DNA of 64,000 bases from Gracilinanus agilis (lineage: Eukaryota), in contig NC_058134.1 of NCBI RefSeq assembly GCF_016433145.1, positions 304,986,726 to 305,050,725 of the forward strand, written 5' to 3'. Of the stretch, positions 38,301 to 48,366 are shown one piece after another. A program made the position numbers and the translations under genes. Below the pieces are notes generated by a model. It was given only the letters and a program-made list of their open reading frames with translations, did not search any database and was not told the DNA's origin. Each line of letters starts with the position of its first letter. Position 1 is the stretch's first letter.

Positions 38301-39399
38301 TGGAAGGCTACATAGCTCCTACCCTGGTGACCTGTCCCGCTCCTTCTGCCCCTTAGTTCTGTGGCCTGGCACCAGAAGCTTAGAACCTGTTTCTCTGGCA
38401 CTGAAAGCTTAGAACCTGCTTTCCTGGCACCAGCAGTTTGGAGCTTTGTACCTCTGTGCTTCTGGGTTGCAGCTCCCAGGAGACTTTGGTTAGTGGCCAA
38501 CCCAGCTGTCAAGGCCTGAGCAAACTTCTGAAGCCTGGAGCTGGGACCCTCTCCCCCCACCCCCAGGCATTGATTGGAAAGAGGGAGGAGAGAGCAGGCT
38601 ACTGGAGTGTAAGACCATAGAAGTGGGGGGGGTACTGAATGAACTTGGGGTCAATGAGCATCAGCTCATGTGGTGGGGATTTTTTTAAACCTCATTTTGG
38701 ATTCTGGGTGTTCTAGACCTTGGAAACAGCTGGAGTTGCTTGGTTTTGGGCGAATAATTTCCCTTTTGGAGATGTTTTGAGATGTCAGGGGGATCCAAGA
38801 GAATGCCCAGGCTGCTGTCTTGTTGCTCAAGTTAGTGACCTGGCAGTTAACTCACTGAACTTTTTTAATCACATCTCTTTTTCCTTATTTAGTAAAGAAC
38901 TTCTATCTTTAGTAAAAGCTGTGAAAAGTAACTTATCTGACTCTTATCTGACTTTTATTCTTTAACTTTTAAATGTCACAATCTGGGAGCTGTGTGTCCT
39001 TTCTAATAAATGGCCAGGCAGTGTGGTGTGGTATGTAGAGGCTTGAAGTCAGGACTTCCAAGGTTCCAGGCCTGCCTCATTGGTGTTTGACAGTGGACAA
39101 ACCTCTCTAAACCTTCACATCCAAAAGAGGGGCGTACACTAGAGAGCTTCTAAGGGCCCTTTCAGCTCTGACAGCCAGGATCCTACAATTCTTTGACTCT
39201 TAAAATACTTCTTACAGTCATGACTTCTTGGTAATATGTAGCCTTTTCCATTGACTTTTGGCTTTCTTTACATTTTGATTCCTCCAGGACTTCATAGTGT
39301 GGATGGTTAGAACATTTTCTAAAGCAAATTAGATGAACTACTTTTTAACCATAGTCTGTCTGCTCCTCTTCACCCCCCTTCTTTAACTCATTATTAGGA

Positions 39400-40020
39400 T
39401 ACAGTCGTCAAAACATCATCTCCCTGGTTTCCCTGTTTCCATAATGGCATCCTTGACACCCAGCTTTTGATATTGGCTGCCTCCTCTCCTTCGCTCCTTC
39501 CTCCCTGATCCAGATATGGAGACTACATCATCCCATCAGTTCTTCCTCCCCAGTGATGCTTCTCTAGCAGCCATCCACTGTTTCTCCCAGGAAATTCTCC
39601 CTGATTTTTTCCTCCTGACTCCAGGATAAATGATCTCTTCTTCCTATGAACATCCATTATACTCGAAGGGGGGGATGGCAGGGAGGCCATCACTTTTATG
39701 ATGCTTCTTTTAAAACGGCTACCTTCAATTACAATTATTTGTGCACATATCTCATGCCCATTACTAAACTGGAATTTCCTTGAGGACAGGGACAGCATTT
39801 TCTTCTTTGTATTCTATTCTTGTGTTTAACCAATATTTGTTGAATAACAGTAGTTGACATTTATCACCTCGAGGTTTACCAGGTACTTTTCTCCCAAAAA
39901 AATCTTCAGAGGCAGGTAATGCAAGTCTTACCACTATTTTACAGATGAGGGATTGGAGATGCAAAAAGGTAAAGGCCACATAGGTAGCCAGTGCTGGGAC
40001 TTGAACCTATGTCTCTCCTG
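39400..40020. mobile_element. L2 3' end followed by an antisense MIR
   Basis: tttccttgaggacagggacagc...atatttgttgaata (L2 end), then ccactattttacagatgaggg (MIR core). Confidence 0.6.
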
Positions 40021-40879
40021 AGCCCGATAATTATATCAGAATGATGTTCTGAGGACACTTTGTTTGGCGCAGATGCTGCCTGCCACTAGTTTTACGATTT
40101 CTCATTTTTGCTATTATTTTAGGCATCAAATAGATGCCTTTTGGTCTTTTCATAGAAGAGAGATTGGAGATCTTAGCATGTTAAATAAAAGTATTTTTAT
40201 GGAATCATTAGTTGGAGAAAATGCTTTTTTCTAAATGATGAGAGTGAGATTATGATATGAATAAACTCTCAGTACAAATTAAGGCATTCTATTACTATAA
40301 AATTTTCAGGAGCTAAAGTTTTGGTACGTTGGAATGGGAATTAATTTGGTTTGCTCTGATGGTGAATTATTGCACCCTGATTGGATGGGATTGAGTCTCC
40401 TACACTAAAGTCCAGAGTTTGATTTTGACGCCATTATGACTGATAGTGCCCATCACTTGGCTGCTTGTTTCTCTTAAGGGAGAATTTGTCCATTTGTTTT
40501 AGTCATTTGAATCAACATTGTTTCTCTTGTCTTTAACTTGAGTTTGAATTTTACTCTTCTTTCCCCAAATATCATTGTATTTCTTATGTTTGTATATTGT
40601 TCTTCTGGTTCTGCTTTCTTTACTTTGCATCAGTTCATATATATCTTCCAAGCTTTCAACCATGAAGTTTAAGTTTAAAGAATCCCTTTTATTAGGGGAA
40701 TTCATGACATTAGATCAGTGGGTTTTTTTTAATGGATTTTATTTAATAGGATGCAAAAAATTACAGTGGAAGACCATTTCACCTGGTTTATTCTTCTTGG
40801 TTTTCGGGGAAACTATGTAAATTATGTCTTACATTTGTTGTGGAATAGAGATTTTAATGTTTGATTCCATTTTAATTTG

Positions 40880-41237
40880 ATTTCATTTTTTATTTACAGG
40901 TGATGCAAAAGGGTTGTGTTTACATTTTCAAGATGGACGGAACGCCGACTTTGAGAAGAGAAGCTGAACAGTCTCTGGTGTTCACAACATGGAGTGTCTC
41001 CTACTCAAGAGGCTGGAGCATGGCGACTTAGGCCCTGGGACGATCTGCTTCTAAGGAGATGCAGAGGCTTTTATGAGTTGTGTCTACAAGTTCTCAATAA
41101 GAGCTGGCAATGAATCCTGTATGCAGAAATGGCCACATGAAAGAAGATTGAAGATCGGGTGTTTGTGCTTTTGCCCAGACTCAGTTATCTGGATCAAACT
41201 GTACACAATGATGCAGCCAGAATAATCACCATCAATC
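40880..41237 (+). other. ZBED4: ZBED4 coding-exon acceptor and 338-nt 5'UTR segment
   Basis: Polypyrimidine tract ttcattttttatttacAG (AG at 40898-40899). Exon starts at 40900 and the ATG is at 41238. Confidence 0.7.
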
Positions 41238-44200
41238 ATGGATAAGAATCAAGAAACATGTTCCAAAATGGATAATAGTTTTGTGTTAGATAAAATAAAT
41301 TTTAAAGTAGAACCCGAAGATAACACAACTAACCACAGCATGGAAAGAATGGATTTTAAGAGTGAGCAAGAGGATGTGAGACAGACAGACAGCAGTGATG
41401 AACAAGCAGAATTCAAAGGCAAAAACTGTAGTGGTCGTCACCCTGGGAAATGCTCATCTGCTGACCACGAGGAGGATTACGGCACTTTGTTTTCCCAATA
41501 TGGCAGCACACTGTATGATGTGGCGATGGAAGCTGTGGCTCAGAGCCTCCTCTCCAGCAGAAATATAAGCTCCAGGAAAAAATCTCCAGCTTGGAATCAC
41601 TTCTTTATTTCTCCTCGGGATAGCACTAAAGCAATATGCATGTACTGTATGAAGGAGTTCAGTCGGGGCAAGAATGAAAAGGACCTAAGTACGAGCTGTC
41701 TGATGAGACACGTGAGGAGGGCCCACCCTACTGTGCTCATTCAGGAAAATGGAAGCATGCCCAGCATATCCTCCTTTCCCTCTCCATCTCTGCTCCTCCC
41801 TCCACAGCCTGCCGATGTCAGCGACCTGAGCACCGTGTTGTCCCCCATAAAGCTGGTCAAGAAGATGGCTTCCAAGATACCCTCCCCGGACCGTGGGATC
41901 GAGGAGTCCGGCTCTGTCGTTTCTTCTGAAGAAATGTCATCCGACTTGTCCATTTCTGAGAAATACAACAAAGAAGAAGCACTGGGGGTCTCCTCTCCCC
42001 ACCTGCCCAGCGCCCAGTATGATGAAGCTGTGGAGAATGTAGCAGAAAAGACTGTTCCTGTCCCAAAGAGCACATCAGGTTCCAGGAGGAGGTCTGCTGT
42101 CTGGAAACATTTTTATTTGTCTCCTTTAGATAATTCTAAAGCCGTTTGCATACACTGCATGAATGAATTTAGTCGAGGGAAAAATGGGAAAGATCTTGGG
42201 ACAAGTTGTTTAATCAGGCACATGTGGAGAGCCCATCGTTCAATTGTTTTACAGGAGAACGGAGGTGGGACAAGCATCCCGCCTCTCTATTCCGCTCCTC
42301 CTACTCTGTTGCCTTCTTTACTGCCCTCGGAGGGAGATTTGAATTCAGTGTCCTCATCTCCAGGAAAGCTAGTTAAAGAGTCCCCTTCAGCCTCCTCTTC
42401 TCCCGATAGACTCACAGAAGAAATCCACGCTCATCTCAACCCTGGAGATGCTTTAATGGAAGACGTGTCCGTCCTGTCGTCTTCCGATGACATAGGCGAA
42501 GCTTCCTTGGTATCTTCTCCCGAGAAGCAGGGGGAGGGACTGAGTACCTTAATCTTTGAGCCGGGCACTGTTTTTCAACAAAATAAAAAGATAATGAAAA
42601 GACTGAAGTCGGAAGTTTGGCATCATTTTTCACTGTCTCCCACGGACAATCTAAAAGCAGTCTGCAGATACTGTAGTTGCATGATCAGTCGTGGGAAAAA
42701 GGGGGATGTCGGCACCAGTTGTTTGATGAGACATCTGTACAGGCGTCACCCGGAAGTGATCGGGAACCAGAAGAGCTTTATCGATGCTAGTTTGGCAAAT
42801 TCTCCTTATGCCACTTTGGCTTCTGCCGAATGTTCCTCCTCTAAATTGACTGACTTGCCAACGATGGTTTCGAATGATAATCAAGTGATATTTCCTGTTA
42901 GTAGCAAAAAGACCTCAAAACTGTGGAATCATTTTTCAATTTGTTCAGCAGACTCAACAAAAGTAGTCTGTTTGCACTGTGGACGTACAATAAGCAGGGG
43001 GAAGAAGCCAACCAATTTGGGTACCAGTTGCCTTCTCAGACATTTACAACGGTTCCATAGCAACGTGCTGAAAAATGATGCCTCGGAGACGGTGTTGCCC
43101 TCAACTGCAGAGATGCGTGTGCCCCTGAGCACAGAGTTACTAGGATCGTCATCCTTCGATGAAACCAATGAAAAGTTTTGTGACTCTCACCCAGTTGCCA
43201 AAAAAATCACAAGTCTTGTAGCAGAAATGATTGCACTTGACCTTCAGCCATATTCTTTTGTAGACAATATTGGCTTTAACAGGCTGCTTGAATACTTGCA
43301 ACCTCAATATTCTTTACCTTCACCATCTTACTTTTCTAGGACAGCCATCCCAGATATGTACGATAATGTGAAACAGATCATCGTTTCCCATCTTAAGGAA
43401 GCGGAGAGCGGCGTGATCCACTTCACGTCTGGGATCTGGATGAGTAGCCAGACTCGAGAGTATCTCACCCTCACCGCACACTGGGTCACGTTTGAGTCGT
43501 CCGTCCGGCCCCACTGTGAGGACTACCACTGCTCCGCACTGCTCAATGTGTCCCAGGTGGATTGTGACTACAGCGGAGTGAGCGTTCAGAAGCAGCTGGA
43601 GTACTGGTGGGAAGCCTGGGTCACTTCCGTGGGCCTTCAGATTGGGATTACCGTGACTGATAATCAGAGCATTGGGAAGACGTTAAATGAAGGGGAACAC
43701 TCCAGCGTGCCGTGTTTTGGTCACACCATTAATCTGATTGTCAACGAGGCTATTAAAAGTCAGAGGATGGTTCAGAACTTACTTAGCATCGCTAGGAAAA
43801 TCTGCGAGCGGGTCCATCGGTCGGCCAAGGCAAAGGAGAAACTCGCCGAATTGCAGAAGGAGTACGAGTTGCCTCAGCACCATCTCATTCAAGATGTTCC
43901 ATCCAAATGGAGCACGTCCTTTCACATGCTCGAGCGCCTCATCGAGCAGAAGAGGGCAATCGATGAAATGTCCATCGAATGTAGCTTCAGAGAGCAGATT
44001 AGTTGTGATCAGTGGGAAGTCATGCAGTCTGTGTGCCATGCACTGAAGCCCTTTGAGGCAGCCAGTCGAGAGATGAGCACCCACGTGTCCACGCTGAGCC
44101 AAGTCATTCCAATGATCCACATTCTCAATAGGAAAATAGAAATGTTATTTGAGGAAACGATGGGCATTGACACCATGTTGAAGTCTCTGAAAGAAGCGAT

Positions 44201-44759
44201 GGTAAGTAGATTGTCCTCTACCCTTCACGATCCAAGGTACATTTTTGCTACACTTTTGGACCCTCGTTATAAAGCTTCCTTATTTACAGAAGAGGAGGCT
44301 GAACAATACAAGCAAGATTTAATCAGGGAACTAGAAATAATGAGTTCTACCTCAGATGATAAACCTGTTTCCAATGGGTGTGATATAGGTTCACCATCTA
44401 CAAACTCTGTTGCAGAGGACAGCCTCTGGTCACTTATGGCCAAGCTTAAAAAAAAAGATCTGAAAGACAAGACAAAGCTGCCAGAAGAAATGGTGCTCGC
44501 CTACTTGGAGGAGGAGGTGCTCGAACACAACTGTGACCCCCTAACTTACTGGAATTTAAAGAGATCGGCCTGGCCGGTCCTGGCCAAGCTGGCCGTCAGG
44601 TTCTTGGGCTGTCCCCCAAGCATCGTTCCTTCAGAAAGACTGTTTAGCAGTACATCCAGTGAAAACAGCAGCTTTGGCCAGTCCAGGCTAATGATGGAAC
44701 ACTTTGAAAAACTGATCTTTTTGAAAGTCAATCTTCCCTTAATATACTTTCAGTATTGA
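41238..44759 (+). CDS. ZBED4: Zinc finger BED domain-containing protein 4 (domesticated hAT transposase), single coding exon, 1173 aa
   Basis: Four BED fingers (W..F...C..C...GTSCL.RH....H), a hAT catalytic-like domain (TDN, CFGH, KWST), a C-terminal hATC dimerisation domain (DPLTYW...SERLFS), C-terminus [13 protein letters not shown], and synteny with ALG12/CRELD2. Confidence 0.98.
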   Translation: MDKNQETCSKMDNSFVLDKINFKVEPEDNTTNHSMERMDFKSEQEDVRQTDSSDEQAEFKGKNCSGRHPGKCSSADHEEDYGTLFSQYGSTLYDVAMEAVAQSLLSSRNISSRKKSPAWNHFFISPRDSTKAICMYCMKEFSRGKNEKDLSTSCLMRHVRRAHPTVLIQENGSMPSISSFPSPSLLLPPQPADVSDLSTVLSPIKLVKKMASKIPSPDRGIEESGSVVSSEEMSSDLSISEKYNKEEALGVSSPHLPSAQYDEAVENVAEKTVPVPKSTSGSRRRSAVWKHFYLSPLDNSKAVCIHCMNEFSRGKNGKDLGTSCLIRHMWRAHRSIVLQENGGGTSIPPLYSAPPTLLPSLLPSEGDLNSVSSSPGKLVKESPSASSSPDRLTEEIHAHLNPGDALMEDVSVLSSSDDIGEASLVSSPEKQGEGLSTLIFEPGTVFQQNKKIMKRLKSEVWHHFSLSPTDNLKAVCRYCSCMISRGKKGDVGTSCLMRHLYRRHPEVIGNQKSFIDASLANSPYATLASAECSSSKLTDLPTMVSNDNQVIFPVSSKKTSKLWNHFSICSADSTKVVCLHCGRTISRGKKPTNLGTSCLLRHLQRFHSNVLKNDASETVLPSTAEMRVPLSTELLGSSSFDETNEKFCDSHPVAKKITSLVAEMIALDLQPYSFVDNIGFNRLLEYLQPQYSLPSPSYFSRTAIPDMYDNVKQIIVSHLKEAESGVIHFTSGIWMSSQTREYLTLTAHWVTFESSVRPHCEDYHCSALLNVSQVDCDYSGVSVQKQLEYWWEAWVTSVGLQIGITVTDNQSIGKTLNEGEHSSVPCFGHTINLIVNEAIKSQRMVQNLLSIARKICERVHRSAKAKEKLAELQKEYELPQHHLIQDVPSKWSTSFHMLERLIEQKRAIDEMSIECSFREQISCDQWEVMQSVCHALKPFEAASREMSTHVSTLSQVIPMIHILNRKIEMLFEETMGIDTMLKSLKEAMVSRLSSTLHDPRYIFATLLDPRYKASLFTEEEAEQYKQDLIRELEIMSSTSDDKPVSNGCDIGSPSTNSVAEDSLWSLMAKLKKKDLKDKTKLPEEMVLAYLEEEVLEHNCDPLTYWNLKRSAWPVLAKLAVRFLGCPPSIVPSERLFSSTSSENSSFGQSRLMMEHFEKLIFLKVNLPLIYFQY

Positions 44760-46130
44760 AACGAATGAACAAGCTGCCAGATTCACACGATTGTCGCCTA
44801 CTGGATATTCGCTGTCTTTGTAACTGGGATTGTTGAGTTGCTCCACTTAGGGGCCATGTATGACATCTAATCAGTGACCCTGATTCCGAGGTTCGCTCCA
44901 CTCTTCAGCTTTCAATATAATGTCTACATGTGCCTTATCCATAGTTCTTCAGGCCAGATGGTGTATATATGTTTTTTAAGACGTCCACACTAGATAGTCT
45001 GTCTTGTCAAATTATAAAATATGATTATTAGGTTTTAATCCATAACTGTAAACTTTTAAAGGGGGGGAGTTGTCAGGCATTTGTTTTACTAGAATGGCAA
45101 ACAAAAGAGATGTACACAGTTTGACTCTGTAGGGGTGTTTTTTTTATTCAATTATGTAAAAACCATGAACCAGGTACTGTATTTTAGTTAAAACTTTGCT
45201 TTAATGGCAGCAGAGCAGCTTTTGTCGCTGTCCAGCGAAAGCTGCGTTTCAAAGGTGGAGGTGAAGCCATCCTTTCCTCAGCAGTCATCGACTGCCCACT
45301 CTCAGATCCTTAGAGGGGAAAAACCAACCCTATATAGGGGAGAAAGCCGCTTACTAGAACAGGAAATTTTTACTATTCGAACACATGACTAAAGTATTAG
45401 GGAAGGTGTGTTATACAGGGATCTCTAAAGAAACTTCCCATTGATTTCCGTGGGGTTTTTCGCTCTTTGTTTTTCATTCAGGTTTTACATTGTCCTTGAG
45501 CTTCAGAAATATTCTGAGTATTTATATAAGCTGCTTGGCATTGACCAAGGTTTGTGAATTTATGCTTATGTTATTTAAACACAGTGCAGAAGACGGCAAG
45601 AAACCTACAGCAGCAGTTCCATTAACTGGTTGTGAAGCCTTGAATAGCAGTTTTGTGTCTGAGCTCTGAGACTCGCGGTGTGTCAAATCGAGCTTTGGTC
45701 CCCAGGTCACTGGAGCACGTGCGTCTGAATCTGTGGTAGAAAACGGAGGACTGTCTGACATTCACAAGAATAGCCTTATAGACGTGGGCCCGGGGAGGTC
45801 CGGCGGGCGGGCGGGCGGGCGGGGGGATACTTTAGAATCCGAAGACATCGCAAGAAAGGAAAAGTAGTCAGGTTTTCTTTGGACAGGATGTTCTCAATAT
45901 TATTTTTGTTTTAACATCTAGAAAAGGGGTCAATTTCTCATTTCAGTTTTTAGATGAAATATTTGGGGGGTAATAAGTCACTCATTTGCCTATGAACTTT
46001 TAGAAAAGTTGTAGTTTTGTTAAAATACTGTACCTTTGCCTAATCTAATTTTTGCATTTACTATGTTTTAGTGTATTTATAAATGGTGAACTCAGTTTCT
46101 GAAATTAAACATTTTATTTGCAGTTTTCTA
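44760..46130 (+). other. ZBED4: ZBED4 3'UTR
   Basis: AU-rich, repeat-free sequence after the stop codon, ending at ATTAAA 46104-46109 followed by a U-rich tract. Confidence 0.65.
46104..46109 (+). terminator. Poly(A) signal ATTAAA (ZBED4)
   Basis: Variant hexamer with downstream cattttatttgcagttttc. Base composition changes sharply just after it. Confidence 0.6.
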
Positions 46131-46586
46131 GTGCTGGTGACCCCTGACTTTTATTTTGAAATGAAAACAATGGATGTTACCAAAACGTGGCACCCCAGCC
46201 GTGTGGCATCCTAGTCTTAACTTGATTCCAGATTAAACGGGGTGCTCTGCAGTCAGGCTCGGCCTGGTTGGCTCTCTGTGCCCTGTGCCAGGGGGCTTTG
46301 GGCATGGCAGGCATGTGCTGCCTTCTGTAAACACAGAACTGGGAGGAGGGCTTCCTGGGTCTGGGCCCCTGGAGTGGCACCACAGACACTCCATGGCACG
46401 AATGGCTTCGGCTAACTTCCTTTCCAACGTTTAGAGCCGTCTCGTTTGTTTAAGTTCTCCCTCATCCATCTGGTAAGAAAGTTGGTCAGCTTCTCCTTTG
46501 GGGAGCAGAACGGAAAGCCTAGAAAGGCGTGAGCACGGGCGACACTCGTGGGCCAAGAGGGGTGCTGACACCCTCGGCCCTCTGAT

Positions 46587-46628
46587 CACACACACACACT
46601 CTCTCTCTCTCTCCCCCCCCCCCCCCCC
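46587..46628. repeat. (CA)n-(CT)n-C16 compound repeat
   Basis: Read directly from the sequence. Confidence 0.9.
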
Positions 46629-47042
46629 TTCCTCTCTCCCTCCACCTACTGCCTCTGATGGACCGTCCCCACTGGCAGGCCTCCCACGACAGCCACCTTC
46701 TGCACCTTCCACCCGTGACTCTTGGCTCTACCCTGGGGCCCAACAGCTCATCCAGGTCTCCTTCCTTCGTCTTCACGTCCAATGGTTTCTAGTTTCTTTA
46801 GCCGGTTGTCATTTGACCGACACAGAGTCCCCCGTCCTGTCCCTTCACTTAAGAGGTGGCCTCCTAAGCTCGCACACAGGGCTCCAGGGGGGCCAGGACA
46901 GAAGCCCTACAAGGAAAAGGCGGGAAGCGCTGCCTCTTGGCCGAAGGCTCACGAGCATCTCTGAATGTCTGTGCACGCCCTTCCCCCTCCAACTTGTTCT
47001 AATATTTCACTTCTATTGAAATTTATCTTTAAAAAAAAAATA

Positions 47043-47225
47043 GCGAGGGGGCTCTGTGGACTGAGAGCCGAGCCTAGACAGGAGTTCCTGGGTTCAAAAG
47101 TGATCTGGGACACCTCCTAGCTGCGGGACCCCGAGCCAGTCACGTCAGCCCCTGTCCAGCCCGCACGCCTCTATTGCTGTGGAAGGGACAGTCTAAGACC
47201 GAAGGTCAGCGTGGAAAAAGGGGAA
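47043..47225 (+). mobile_element. Heavily GC-shifted SINE
   Basis: gtggactgagagcc...cctgggttcaaa...ctagctgcgggaccccgagccagtcac aligns to the SINE core. Confidence 0.75.
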
Positions 47226-47329
47226 AAGCGTCTCCTGATCTGTGCTCTTAGGACAGGATGTCCTGCCCGGCTGTGTGGGGCTTCCCGGCCAGCACCTTCC
47301 CTTCGGACCACTTGGTGAGGCCCGTTCCT

Positions 47330-47740
47330 GGGCTCGCCCCGTGCTCGTCGTTAGCGCCCAGGAATCTTCCTCACGGCCGCGTAGCCATTGGACAGTCTTC
47401 AGCTCTTCCCAGCACAGAAGTCGCTGCTTAGAAGCATTTTGGGTCTCTGGAGCCCTTCTCTCCCCCCAGACCAACCACCTCGCAGGGGTCCATCCCTAGC
47501 AGCGGGACCCGGGCGAAGGGCAGGGCGGATCCGCCTCGTTTGTGCCATTTCTTGCTGCTCTCCAGAACGGGCACCGCGCTGGGGGGCTTCCCGTCGGGCC
47601 GCCTCTTCCTCATCGGGTTTGCCCGATTCTCGAAGCTCAGGCCGTCCCTACCCTCTGCCCCCGGCGTGTCTCTCCACAAGGCATTCTTCCTCCTCCTCCG
47701 AACTGTTTCCTAGTGCTTTGGGGATCCTGATCTTCTCCCC
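47330..47740 (-). mobile_element. Probable GC-remodelled L1 3' fragment
   Basis: gcgaagggcagg...ctgctctccagaacgg aligns by eye with tcaaagggcagg...ttgccatccagaatgg of the L1 copies at 16.8 kb and 21.6 kb. Confidence 0.45.
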
Positions 47741-47747
47741 CATCTTG

Positions 47748-47925
47748 GGGGAGCAGGTGGCTCAGTGGCCTAGAGATGGGAAGTCCTGGGTTCCAATCTG
47801 ACCTCAGACCCTTCCTCGCTGGGTGACCCTGGGCCAGTCATTTGACCCCCATGGCCTAGCCCTGACCACTCTTCTGCCAACACAGAGTATGGCTTCCAAG
47901 ACGGAAGGGAAGGGCTTAAAAAAAG
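47748..47925 (+). mobile_element. SINE with deleted head
   Basis: ggtggctcagtgg|cctagagatgggaagtcctgggttccaatc...gaccctgggccagtca...gaagggaagggcttaaaaaaa. Confidence 0.85.
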
Positions 47926-48004
47926 GAGAACTAGAAGACAACCTATGGGAGAAGCATCTGTAAAGGTTTTCCAACATTCTTTTTACTCGGGGGGGGGGGG
48001 GGGG

Positions 48005-48366
48005 NNNNNNNNNNNNNNNNNNNNNNNNNNNNNNNNNNNNNNNNNNNNNNNNNNNNNNNNNNNNNNNNNNNNNNNNNNNNNNNNNNNNNNNNNNNNNNNN
48101 NNNNNNNNNNNNNNNNNNNNNNNNNNNNNNNNNNNNNNNNNNNNNNNNNNNNNNNNNNNNNNNNNNNNNNNNNNNNNNNNNNNNNNNNNNNNNNNNNNNN
48201 NNNNNNNNNNNNNNNNNNNNNNNNNNNNNNNNNNNNNNNNNNNNNNNNNNNNNNNNNNNNNNNNNNNNNNNNNNNNNNNNNNNNNNNNNNNNNNNNNNNN
48301 NNNNNNNNNNNNNNNNNNNNNNNNNNNNNNNNNNNNNNNNNNNNNNNNNNNNNNNNNNNNNNNNNN
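48005..48366. other. Assembly gap (362 N) flanked by G16 on both sides
   Basis: N run counted directly. G runs at 47989-48004 and 48367-48382. Confidence 0.99.
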
